A program made the translations under genes and the position numbers. Below, one piece after another: positions 52,839 to 63,883 of a stretch of DNA of 64,000 nucleotides. Every line of letters begins with the position of its first letter. Within the stretch, counting starts at the first letter, position 1. Source of the stretch: Cyanidioschyzon merolae (Eukaryota); assembly GCA_000091205.1 (NCBI GenBank), contig AP006502.2. One strand, written 5' to 3'. The notes under the pieces were generated by a model. That model made no database searches. It had not been told where the DNA came from and was given only the letters and a program-made list of their open reading frames with translations.

Positions 52839-54950
52839 ATGATGCGGCAAAACGACGGCGTAGGCTACCGACTGGGAGTATGGCCCTGGAATCGACGCCC
52901 AGCGGACAGCGAACTCCTGGAGCCGAAGTGCCGCTCGCCACGGTTGCTGTTCGGGATCGGTGCGGTGCTCGGAAAGCCGGGCGCTTACTATGCCATGCAA
53001 CGTATACGCGGTGCTCGTAGATCTCACCAGGCGCTATGTTCCGTCTATTCTCGGCGTTTTGTTGCAAGTCTGTCGGAGTCCTGGGCTGAAGCACATACAA
53101 CAGACGCCGCAGCTGAAGCGCTCGTGCAGGAGGGTGTGCTGACGCGCGGCTCGCGTGAGTACCGTCTGTTCCACGGACTCTCAGCGACGCGGGCCGAAAA
53201 AGTCCTTTATGCTCTGCGTAACCGAACGGATTGCGTCGCGGTTGTCCTCGACGGGGTTCACGGTGTCCATAACCTGGCTGCAGTCTGCCGGTCCTGCGAT
53301 GCCTTTGGGGTCCAGAACGTGCACTTTATTCCCCCGGATCGGTATGCGCTTCATTCAGAGACAGGTTCAGAGTCAGAAACAGGGCCATATGCGACGAGCG
53401 CCACTGCCAAGGCTCATTATCTGGGCCAGTTCCTCAAGTCGGCTGCATGCGATACCGCTGGGGGTGCCCACAAGTGGCTGAGCCTGAAGACCCACGGAAG
53501 CGTTCCTGAGCTCGTAAGTAGACTCCGAGCGCTGGACTATCGTATTTTCGTATCCAGCGTCTATGCGGATCGATGCATTTCTCTGTATGATTTGAACTTT
53601 GTGGATAGTAGGTATCAGAAATGTGCGTTTGTGTTTGGAAATGAGAATTCAGGGGTCTCCGAACAGCTGCAGGAGGCTGCGGACAGTCTGTTTACGATCC
53701 CAATGTACGGATTTGTCGAGTCGCTGAACGTGTCCGTATCAGTGGCAACGACACTCTCCTACGTAACACTTCAGCTTCGCAAGCAACTCGGTTCCGACTT
53801 TCCACTGCCAGTCGCGAGAAAACGTGAAGTACCGTATTTTTGGCTGCATGGTGGCTCGTTTGGTGAGCTCGAGCGCACGGCGACTCGCGGACAGGCGTCG
53901 AATGTGCGGGGTCTCTTCAAGGAAGGGCGTAGTGCTTTCTCGGTTTTTGGGCGTCGCTTCGAGCAAGAGCTCCGGAAGAAGGGTCTATTTGGGCTCGAAC
54001 CGAGCGGCCCCAACGCTGTGCTTGCCCCAGTGACTCGACAGCAGTACGCCAGACGAATACAGAACTACCTCATTCGTCGAAAGGGTGGCGTTTTTGGCGA
54101 AACCGATCCCCTGCGACGACGACGCCATCACGCGGAAACCTTTATAGGCCTTCTCGCTTGGATGAGCATTTGTGTGCGGAATGTCGAGTTTGCACATGCG
54201 AGCAGTCTACTACCCGTCTACAGAGCCGTATTCAGCAAGGTCGACGAGGTGATGGAGACTGACGCTTCCGCTGCTGCTGCGCTGCGTGTCGCTGCGCAGC
54301 CGTGGAGCATTCTGGACGACACCGGTGCCAAGCACTGCGTCAAGCTGGTCTGGGAAGTCCTGGAAGCGGAGTCAGCTACCTCTGGAATCGATGTCGCTGG
54401 CCTGCGCACGGCGGTGATGAAGCTGAATCCCCGCATTGTTGCGACTCGCCTGCTGTGTGACGTTCTGCAGATTGACATGCACACTGACCTGAAAGCGACC
54501 GAGTGGGCTGCAGCAACCTTTGGTCCAGCGGCTATAGAGGAAATGCAGAGCTTACCACAAACAGAATGGTACCATATCCAGACTGCAGTGCGTCTACTGC
54601 ACGCATGCGACGTTCGACGGCTATTCTACCTCAGCTGCGACAGCGAATCAGTTTCACGAACAGACAGGAAAACCTTCTTGCATCATCCAAGACATAGCCT
54701 GTATGAATGCTACTTTTGGGACGTGATGCGTTCAGCAGGGGCGGATGCCCCTGCAGCTGGCGACTGTGATACGCAGAACGTACCTGTACTCAGTTTTAAT
54801 TCGTATGCACCTGACAGCATGGAGCTCACAGCGCTTGCGAATAGCTCTGGCGCCTCCGCTGAAGCTCATGAAGAGCTGCGCCCGCATTTGCATTTAGAAC
54901 GAGCAGTCCAGGCGATTGCATTCGATTTCCAGCGTTTGCGCAACGTATGA
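52839..54950 (+). CDS. SpoU/TrmH-family (SPOUT) RNA 2-prime-O-ribose methyltransferase with a C-terminal extension of about 400 aa with no family I could place.
   Basis: The SpoU core reads VVLDGVHGVHNLAAVCRSCDAFGVQNVHFI...RIFVSSVYADRCISLYDLNF...CAFVFGNENSGVSEQLQEAADSLFTIPMYGFVESLNVSVSVATTLSYV. The start is uncertain: the track start at 52704 is GTG, and the first ATG pair lies near 52839. Confidence 0.7.
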   Translation: MMRQNDGVGYRLGVWPWNRRPADSELLEPKCRSPRLLFGIGAVLGKPGAYYAMQRIRGARRSHQALCSVYSRRFVASLSESWAEAHTTDAAAEALVQEGVLTRGSREYRLFHGLSATRAEKVLYALRNRTDCVAVVLDGVHGVHNLAAVCRSCDAFGVQNVHFIPPDRYALHSETGSESETGPYATSATAKAHYLGQFLKSAACDTAGGAHKWLSLKTHGSVPELVSRLRALDYRIFVSSVYADRCISLYDLNFVDSRYQKCAFVFGNENSGVSEQLQEAADSLFTIPMYGFVESLNVSVSVATTLSYVTLQLRKQLGSDFPLPVARKREVPYFWLHGGSFGELERTATRGQASNVRGLFKEGRSAFSVFGRRFEQELRKKGLFGLEPSGPNAVLAPVTRQQYARRIQNYLIRRKGGVFGETDPLRRRRHHAETFIGLLAWMSICVRNVEFAHASSLLPVYRAVFSKVDEVMETDASAAAALRVAAQPWSILDDTGAKHCVKLVWEVLEAESATSGIDVAGLRTAVMKLNPRIVATRLLCDVLQIDMHTDLKATEWAAATFGPAAIEEMQSLPQTEWYHIQTAVRLLHACDVRRLFYLSCDSESVSRTDRKTFLHHPRHSLYECYFWDVMRSAGADAPAAGDCDTQNVPVLSFNSYAPDSMELTALANSSGASAEAHEELRPHLHLERAVQAIAFDFQRLRNV

Positions 54951-55383
54951 CGTCACATGCGCAAATATGACGCTCTCGAGGGCGACGTTCGCGAGTCGAC
55001 ATCCGAAGCAGGATACGGCGCCAATGTCCTGTCTCTGTGCACCAGCCGGATAATCACTGTGTCGATGAAACCTCTTTTCCAAGAGTGCATCGCATTCCAG
55101 GATTTGTTCCATGTGGAAGCGCCTGTCACAGGAGCTAGGCGACAGCATCGATTACCGGCGACATTCGCACACCTGGAGACATGTGCTTAGAGCCAAGCGT
55201 CCTGTACGATAAGCACTTCGAGACACGACATATATAGAGCCAGCATCAGGGATGGACAGAGATGTTCTCAATGCCACATCAGCGTTCTGCGGCACGGATC
55301 GCGCTACATAGGTATCATAGAGAACTGCGGCGCCGTGGAATGGCGTGCTGTGGATCTCGCGGCACTGCATGGTATGCCTGCTG

Positions 55384-56358
55384 CTATCCTGGCACATCAT
55401 CTACAGATTCTGATTCTTCTGTTGCCACAAGTTCGCTGATGAAATGATCCATCTCCTGACAGGCGTAGGCGCTATCTCTTATGCACTGCTGCGCGGCGTC
55501 GAGTACCACGTCGGGCTCCACGGGCAAGGAGCCGCGCTTCCATATCGCTCGCAGGTGCTGCGCGCTGTCACTGGCCACAGAAAGGAAACAGCCCGCCAGC
55601 GTCTCCTCCTCAGCGCACGGATCGATTATAAACCACCGCGGGGCGACCAAAGTCACCTGATCATGCTCTGTGCGCGAGTCGCGTACCAGAGGCGGAATAA
55701 AAGCCCCACTAGCGCTCAGCGGAGCGTTCGAGGCATTCAGGAGAGCGCAGTACTCTGCCCGGTCATCCAGTTCCCAGCTTCCACCGCTTTCACTGTCCTG
55801 CCAATACACGGACGGGACAACGGTTGTTGCCAGTGCTGCCCTCACAGCGTAGGTCACGGCATCGAGAATGTTACCCCCCGAGGCCCCGAGCACCAGTACG
55901 TCCACGTACACGTCCCAGCAGCACACCCGGAGCGTACCCGGATCCGAAGCTAGCCGCTGTTCCCTGCAGAAGAGGTCTGCTAAAAACTCAGGAGAAGCTG
56001 CGTAGGCAGTATCTAGAAACGAGACGAGCTCTGCCTCAAGCACCTCAGTGGAGCGTCCTTGAAACTCGGGACTTGCGACTCCGCAGAACTCCACAGAAAA
56101 CGCGATCGAGCCACGTTTGGCGTCATCTTCCGCATGAGCTGGCAAATTGTATTGCCTCAGCTCCAGGTTTATACCGACGAGTACGTCGTTAGTCCGACCG
56201 ACGAACACTCGACTGGAGCCCGCTGTGGAGGGCAGCACATCAACAGCAACGCTCACAGAGCGCGATCGAAGCGCACTGCGTCCGTCAACTCTTAGACCAT
56301 GCTCCTTGAACAACCATATAAGACTTTTCTTCTCAGTTCTAGACAGTTCGGTCGGCAT
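55384..56358 (-). CDS. Exosome complex RNase-PH-like subunit (RRP43/EXOSC8-like; RRP42 not excluded).
   Basis: MPTELSRTEKKSLIWLFKEHGLRVDGRSALRSRSVSVAVDVLPSTAGSSRVFVGRTNDVLVGINLEL...CCWDVYVDVLVLGASGGNILDAVTYAVRAALATTVVP...FIIDPCAEEETLAGCFLSVA follows the EXOSC8 pattern [24 protein letters not shown]...IVDPTGEEE. The ATG at 56356-56358 was verified. Confidence 0.7.
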   Translation of the reverse strand: MPTELSRTEKKSLIWLFKEHGLRVDGRSALRSRSVSVAVDVLPSTAGSSRVFVGRTNDVLVGINLELRQYNLPAHAEDDAKRGSIAFSVEFCGVASPEFQGRSTEVLEAELVSFLDTAYAASPEFLADLFCREQRLASDPGTLRVCCWDVYVDVLVLGASGGNILDAVTYAVRAALATTVVPSVYWQDSESGGSWELDDRAEYCALLNASNAPLSASGAFIPPLVRDSRTEHDQVTLVAPRWFIIDPCAEEETLAGCFLSVASDSAQHLRAIWKRGSLPVEPDVVLDAAQQCIRDSAYACQEMDHFISELVATEESESVDDVPG

Positions 56359-58957
56359 CGCTGTGGCATCTTAGAGAGGTCGGAGAGCGCAGCCGTTTCA
56401 AGGCTTCGGAGAGAGAAGGCTGCGCGCACAGGTGGCCCTGGAAAACGCTGCGAACTCGAGTGTCTTATTTCCAGGTTGGACTGCATAGCAACAATTGTAA
56501 TCATACGGCTCAAAGGAAGAAAGAGAAATTGTAGTGTGGTCTCCGCTAAATCCCCAAGAAAGGAAAACTTGAGCGGGTCGCCTGTTTAGAGTGATGCTCG
56601 GCTGTGGAGCGTTCATAGCGCAGGTGGCTCCAGCCAGGCTTTCCTGGTGCTGCAAGGCGCCGCGTTTTTATGCTACTGGCCTCTCAACGATAGCAAATTG
56701 TTGAAGAGAGCTGGGGTACGAATAGTGATGGCACACGATATGAGAAAAAGTGTGTGATACAACCGTCGCGGAATTTTTGGCGCTATGCCGTACCTACTAC
56801 TACCGGCTCGTTCCAAGAGACAGCTACTAAGCCGATATTAGTCCCGTAATGGTATATGCGGATGCATATTATAACTTACATGTTTGCACGCGGGGCGCGC
56901 CGTCGCAGGAGCGTCTTGGCGTGCTCGAGGTATGCTCCCGCCCCAGAGGCAAGCGATCGGGAGCTTGTGGTAGGCAGGATGCGGAGAGGACGAATATCGT
57001 GCACTTTGTGTAATACAAGCTCGACTACACACGTCTGGGTAGACATAATTCAGGAACGTGCCGTACGCGCGAAGGGGACGCTCAGTGCCCACTGACGTGC
57101 GTAGCGGGCTTTTGCACAGGCGCGACGCAGCAGAGACCGAGGCGCCTCCTTTGGACCGCACTTTCAGAAGATTCTTCATGGACCAGTATCTGGTGAGCGG
57201 ACCCATAATGCAGTCCTCGTGGTGTCTGAGAGGTTTAGTGACACGGTACTGGCCGCTGCGGCCAAACCGCTATCCTCAGAGCTATGGGTTGGCTTTCCTG
57301 GTGCCTGACATGTGGATTGCGCATAATCACGAGTCTCGCCCTCAGTTGTAGCATGCAATCGAAGAAAGAATCCTCTTCGTCACCGCTCGAGTTGATTCTT
57401 TCCAAGGCGAGCGGCATTGATGCGCACCGCGTAATCGCCAGCCACGTTGTTTTCGATTGGCAGCTTCGACCCACCACGTGAGCGTTCTTCGTAGGTATCT
57501 TGGAAAGACGCATCGGAATACACGCTTCATACGGGCAGTACGAGCCTCGTCTCCTTGACCTCGCGTCAGGCCTTGATTCGGATGGAGCGTCGGTTTAATC
57601 CGATGACGGATAATTTCTGAGGCATGAGTGCCTTGCAGTTTCGAGCTGGAAAGCAGGCTCAGCGTGGACAAAATGAGCGTATCAACACTATCTAGAGGAG
57701 AATGTGACAAAGGATTTTACACGGAAACAAGTTGAGATCACATAGAAAGAGTCTTCTACCTGAAAACGATAAAATGTACTTCCGAGGTGTCCCCCGCCGG
57801 ACTGTCGGTGGCGGCCAGCCCGTGCATGATCGGAAAAACAAATCGGACTCGAAGATAAAGTAAACCGTGGCGGATGCAGTACCCCTGGTATTTGGTGGGA
57901 TCGTCCATCTGTAGTGGAAATTCTCGCAAAAGCGATTCGTCGAACGCGGTGCAAACCGGCCGAGCACTACACGTCCGTCTAAACGTTTTACTCGCAGTGC
58001 CTAGCACCGCTTGTTGAGGGCTCGATGCCTGTATGCAGGCTTTCGCGCGGAATACTAGTTGTGGTTTGCAACAGGGATGCTTCAGAGCCTTGCCCGCATC
58101 CGCTTCTTGTCGACGAAAGGAACGTCAACGGAGAATATTTATACTGGAATACGGAGACCTCAGCAAATTGATTTCGTAGAAAGATGCAGTCGCGGCCCGT
58201 TTTTCGCCACGGTTCGAGATCACTTTGCACATCTAACTGAAATGCGGAAAGAGACAGGAAAATGCATGTCTAGTCGGGTAATGATACACTGCGAGCGATT
58301 TGACGTTCCCACCATCATCTCATCTAATATTGGTATAGGTTGGGCCTCATTTTCTTACTCACTCGCGTCGCAGATCGCGAAGGCCAAGTCCGTGCACGTC
58401 AGGATTGCATCGCATCTTCGCATTTGGAGGCGTTATGCTTTCATTATGCACACATGGACGCGGCACATAGTATGCGACGACGCTGTCTGTACACTCGAAG
58501 TACCTGAATGCTGTCGCTTGGGCTGGTTGATGATCTGACGAGATGCCAGTTGCAGCATCCAGGGCGAGAAGCATTTCTCGAGGACTTATAGACCTATCTC
58601 GCCTCCCATGCCTGTTAAAGTATCCGAGAGGAGCATATCGGCGCGTCGGCGGTTAATAGACGCACGAAATCTACTTACCAGATTCCGCTCTACCCAGAAT
58701 CTCTCAGGGTAAGAGTTCAATACAGTCCTGCGTCTGGCCGGACAAGCGCTGTCGGTGTGCTTACGGTGCGCGCCGCGAACACGTACTGCTCTGGATTCGG
58801 AAAGCAACTCTGTCTTGAGGAGAGAGCGCTGGAACGCGCGTCGGTAACTAGGCTACCGTATAGGTCGAACGTTTAAGCGGTAAAAGCCTTTTGTGCTCGT
58901 GTTTGTGACTCGCTCAGCGTCTAAACAGGCTTTACGCTCGGTTGCGAGGTTCTTGCT

Positions 58958-59944
58958 ATGTTGCCGAGCACTTTTGGGTGTGTGACTCGTCCACCGAAAG
59001 TCTTAGCACTAGTACTAGTTCTAGTTTTCCTCGTGTGGACGTACTTTTCTGCCAGCTTCCTATGTTCGAGCGGTTTCTGGGCTTTCTCCTCGCGCCTTAG
59101 CGCTGGAAGTAGCGACAAGCACGTTCTTTCTGCTGGTTTATGCAGATCGACGCTACTTGACACCGTTGAGAATATCAGTCGGAGTCACGTCGAACAAGCT
59201 CAGGGGTCGTCGTACCCATACCTCTTTCCGCCAATTATTCACCAGATTTGGCTGGGCAACCGTCCTTTCCCGAGTAGCTTCTCACGCAGTCAGGAGAGTT
59301 TCCGGACCAAAAATCCAGATATGTACTATGCGCTCTGGCGTGATAATGATATTGCGTGTTTAATAAGGCGATTCTATCCTGTTTTGGCTCCGGTGTATGC
59401 GAAGATTACCCGGGTAGCGACCACTTCAGATCTCGCGCGATACCTGGTACTCTATGTTTTCGGAGGTTTCTACTCAGATACGGATACGGTTTGTTTGCAG
59501 CCGATCCGGAAATGGCCCATGCTCGAAGGAACGCAAGCTATGGTCGGTCTAGAAGCGGAATTCAGCCATGTACCCAATTGGCAAGACATGATTGTCGTCA
59601 GGCAGATTCAGGTATCCGTATGGACATTGGCCTCTACACCGCTTCATCCACTGTTTGGTTCCGCGATTCACGGTATTTTCGTGAACTGTACACGTTTGTC
59701 TAGGGAGAAGCTCGAAGGAATGGATGTTATGGAAGTCGCAGGCCCAGGGTATTTCACTGATACTGTGTTCCATTATATGCACGCTTTTGGTGCTGGGTAC
59801 GCGAATCTTAGCGGTTTGTCGAGACCCACTCTGTTCGGGGATCTGCTGGTTCAGCCTCTGCATGTTTTTCGCTGGGAGGGTCGCGGCCCCGAAGAGGAGG
59901 CCTGTATCCAACACTTATTCGGTCAGTCTTGGCGCTGGCGGTGA
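58958..59944 (+). CDS. GT32-family glycosyltransferase (Och1/Gly_transf_sug type, DXD motif), a type II membrane protein.
   Basis: An N-terminal signal anchor (VLALVLVLVFLVWTYF) is followed by PIIHQIWLGNRPFP...YYALWRDNDIACLIRRFYPVLAPVYAKITRVATTSDLARYLVLYVFGGFYSDTDTVCLQPI, matching the alpha-1,6-mannosyltransferase/GT32 sugar-binding region with DTD as the DXD motif. The ATG at 58958 was verified. Confidence 0.7.
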   Translation: MLPSTFGCVTRPPKVLALVLVLVFLVWTYFSASFLCSSGFWAFSSRLSAGSSDKHVLSAGLCRSTLLDTVENISRSHVEQAQGSSYPYLFPPIIHQIWLGNRPFPSSFSRSQESFRTKNPDMYYALWRDNDIACLIRRFYPVLAPVYAKITRVATTSDLARYLVLYVFGGFYSDTDTVCLQPIRKWPMLEGTQAMVGLEAEFSHVPNWQDMIVVRQIQVSVWTLASTPLHPLFGSAIHGIFVNCTRLSREKLEGMDVMEVAGPGYFTDTVFHYMHAFGAGYANLSGLSRPTLFGDLLVQPLHVFRWEGRGPEEEACIQHLFGQSWRWR

Positions 59945-60479
59945 CCGCCGCCGCCTCAGTGGCAAGAAATCAACGTCATAATGGTGCTTTTGGCTACGAG
60001 GGGAGATCGAATGTGATAAACGCCGGATTTCTGAAGGCGAAGTCATCATGGAGTACCTGACTGAATGCTTTTAACGCTTCGCAATTTGAGATTGCTATAC
60101 TATATACTGGACGGCAGCAGTTCCTTCATTTTTATTAGACTCCAGCCTGCGTACGGAAGAGATAGCGTTTCAGCATGCTCACTCTGAAGACTCGAATCAG
60201 AAGACGTTCGCAATCTTCGTAATGCGTCAAGGGCGACTTGCCCGATGCAGAGCACCATCTCCATGTTTTGAACGGCATGGTCATCTTCGTGCCTTTGTTG
60301 GTACACTTTTGCCTCCGAGTCAAAGGATGTGTGTTAGAATCTTCGCTTACTGTTGTTCATGTAGAAATGGTCGAACTAAGCGTATGCGATGACGTAAATC
60401 GTCCTGTAACAGAGATGTGACATCCCTGCGGCGAGCAAATACCCGTGGTCTCTATCTTTCCGAGCTTTCGGAAAAAATT

Positions 60480-62940
60480 GTTCGGGGTGATTGTTTCCGA
60501 ATTGAGGGTTGCGATTTTTATGACGACGACGCCAGCGACAGCAAATGTCTTCCAAAGAAAACGTTGCTGCCAGCGGCGCACAGTAGTGGCGAGTGACCCG
60601 CCCTAGACAAGACGTCTCTAGCTGATGTGCAGACGCCTCCCGGTCTTAATGGACCGGCCACGTACTACGGCTTCCAATTTCTTCTCATATTGATCTACTC
60701 TGCAGGATTGTCAAACAAAGTTCCCTCTTGTCTACCCAGGAGGTCTCGGCTCCACCACCGCACATCTCCGTATATTGATAGCGGCATTCAAGTCTCGATC
60801 CACGAATTCCATACATTTTTTGCCGTCGTTGGTTGAACGTACTAATGCAACTAGTCCTCGAACGTTCGCCCTCCTTTCCATACGCTCCTCCGTCAGCGTT
60901 CTGTACATTTTGACATCCTCGGGACTCCTATGGCACTTTTCCATCTCGAATCTCTGGAGAGTACACACCAGCTCATAGTGTGTATACGATGTTCGGAACT
61001 CATATACAGGTATCGTAACGAGACGCCGTGCGCACTGCTTGTCCACCCTCGTCGTTGGAGCTGGCGTAGTTCCTTTCTTCGACGCTCATCGCCCTGCTCC
61101 GTATGCTACTCTGAGCCTTTGACTTTCATCCTCCTTCAGGGTACTCAACTCATTGAAACAATTCGCGAACGCTCGCTGCTTCCCACAATACGAATTCATA
61201 TGCAGACGAGCCAACCGGGGATTCGTATACTCCTCCCACAGTACATCCCAATGAGCAATGCGAACTTCCATAAATTTCCGAAAAGATTTAAAGTCTGCTC
61301 CTCAGACGGTCACCTCGCCCAAAGCTTCCACGAGATCCTTCATTCCTGTGTACCAAGTCTCGATATTCTTCCCCGCATTCGTTATACGAGATTTTCGATA
61401 GTATGTCGCTCGCGAGAACCTCAAAAGACGCGTATATTTCTGGTGCAAGTTGCCGTTGGAGCAATCTTCCGCATGCTTGGGTACAGCGATGGTTATGATA
61501 TTCGTGTTCTAGGAGTTACTACCAACGACAAAGACGTTCACGTGGGGATTACACGTCCCCTGGCCGTTCTACTTCTTTCCGTGCATCGGTATGGGCGATA
61601 ACGAAGACGGGATAGGACGAAGTACATGCAACCGCTAATAATGTACACATCTGTATACGCCATCGCTATCGATGGTCCCCGTGAGTACTTTTTTTGACCG
61701 GTTTGGGGCGTTTGGAATCGAAATAGTTCTCCCAGCAGGTGTTCCGGTCTTCGCCGGTTACCTCTTTGTTGCTTCCATCGAGCTCAGGACAGATCTCTAT
61801 CATGAAGGCAGAGAGAACTCTGGGGTCGATATTCACAAAACATGACTTGAACTCGCATAACCGGCCGACAATGAAACGCTTCTGGAGAAGACTTCAATGT
61901 CGTTTCTTCCGTCCGTGATTTTTGCCACACTCAAATCCATATCGGCCTCGCGTTCGGGTTCTCGGTCCAAAAAAATGAAGTACGGCAGGATAAAAGGGAT
62001 AAATCTCTCTTCGTCTGCCTTTGATCATACCTGACAGTTTCTCCCTTGAGATGACAAGCCCCGAGACTGAACGAAGTTCTAAACTAGCGGCGCGGATAGC
62101 AGAAGCAGAATTCGTCGACTTGCATGATGTGCTCTTGTCGACGAATATGATCTCCTGTTCATGCTAGCGAGCGTTCTTGAGAATATCGATGATTGGCCGC
62201 ATCCCTTCGCGAAAAAGGCTCGCGTACAGCACAAAGCGGGCGCCTATCGTGAAAAAGACGAAAGATAAGATTTTTTGGTTCCTCGCATTCGTGAGGCAAC
62301 TCAATGCCCTGTATTCGTATCTTTTTACGTCACACCGATGTCCAGCACCATTGACGCGGTAATTGTCGTAAATTGTGAGGGGGGCATCAGCCAGCTCATT
62401 GCTCTTTGATGCTTCCCCATTGCGAGGACTCAGGTGGTTGAAGAAAGTCTTTTTGAAAAATAATTCCGGAAATATCACTTTTGCGATATGCGTTACGTCG
62501 TGATGCAGCTCGATCTGCAAATGCGTCAGTCCAAAAGAAAAGTTACGACCAGACCTGGAGTGCGAATCTACGCGGTCTCTGATAGCGTCTAGGAGCATTC
62601 AGTCGTACGGATAATTGATATGCTGGAGACGACAGGATCACACAACCATATCGTCGTACGGACATCACTCTTGCAGCCTTCGTGGTAGCGCCTCCACATC
62701 TAACTTCTTCTTTTTTCCCTACTCCTCGGAAATAGCTACTACGTCTCGTTTTTTTTCCAATATTCGGCATCCCCGGTCATCCACAACACAACACGTCCAG
62801 TTCCATAAGTGAAAGATGTTTTGGGAGAAAAACTCATCGGACGCTTGTGCGTAGAGCGGCGAATATCGGTTGAATACATTTACTTGAAGATTGAAATACC
62901 ATTGAAGCCAAAACAATACTTTGCTAGGATCCGATCGCAA
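60480..62940 (-). mobile_element. Degenerate TnpB/Fanzor-like element, copy C (subtelomeric), homologous to copy B along its length but fragmented by frameshifts and carrying a single repeat unit.
   Basis: ORF 60732..61046 reads EFRTSYTHYELVCTLQRFEMEKCHRSPED...MEFVDRDLNAAINIRRCAVVEPRPPG. ORF 61086..61271 (MEVRIAHWDVLWEEYTNPRLARLHMNSYCGKQRAFANCFNELSTLKED) matches the copy-B peptide MEVRMAHWDTLWKEYTKPRWARLRMNLYCGKPRAFANCFNELSALKED. ORF 62164..62598 matches the copy-B N-terminal segment. DNA homology with copy B runs from about 60540 to 62935. Confidence 0.55.
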
Positions 62941-63883
62941 GTACAAGAGGCCCCGATAAAGCAGTCGCTCAAGAAGAGGTCATTACCGCGTTTCTATTGA
63001 TCGGCGAGGCGCACGTCGGGTGACGAGACGGCCAGAATTCGCGATGCGTTACTATGGCACACGACATAGAAAATGCCAACTAGTAAATGATATACACAAA
63101 CGGGATAGCAAGTAATATCGCCACCAACCTGAAACCTTAAAAGGAAGAAGTTTTTGCGTATGGCCACACTGTTAGATTAAGCGGAAGGTCTGCGAGCCGC
63201 GAAACCCAACCGGCCAGTCCCCCGTGTGACCCTTCAGTGGCGGGTGATGCGCCGCACCTAACCACCCCAACCGAACGCATTTGATTGTGGAATCATGAGC
63301 GGGTATGCTGCATCAGAATCTCACTTTGGGCAAGGCGGACTTCCAATACAAAACTCCGCGCTATACCAGGCAGAAGAGCTGGAATTAGAGCTTGGAGGCT
63401 TCCAGAAATATAAATAGCACTGATTCCGTGTTGCATGAAACAAGCATCAACCGACGCGCTCAGTAGTATGTGAAAGCTACTGTGCTCCCCAAGAGCATCA
63501 GCACCAGCGATGGAGAAACTTCGGAGGGTGCAGACGGCAGGCATCCGGCGCAGAATAAAAGCGTGAAACGACCAGCAAAGCCGAGAGTAAGTAAAAGCGA
63601 TGCAATGCACAGAGATTGTTCAGCACGATAAAGGATTTTACGAACCAAAAAGACGAAGCGGCGATCTCAGCCATCTGATCAGTGGAAAAATTCTGCAAAC
63701 CAGTAAAAGCAAAACGTCCGAAGTAAATTCCCGATGAATTTGGTATATAATCTATGTCGCGGTAACAGATGCGAAAAAGCCCAGATCGTGCCGCGAGAAG
63801 TGATACACTTGTGGGAAATGAAATAATACACGTCGCTATCAAAGATGCTTTCGCACTAAGATCATCAAACCTATGTGAAACTG

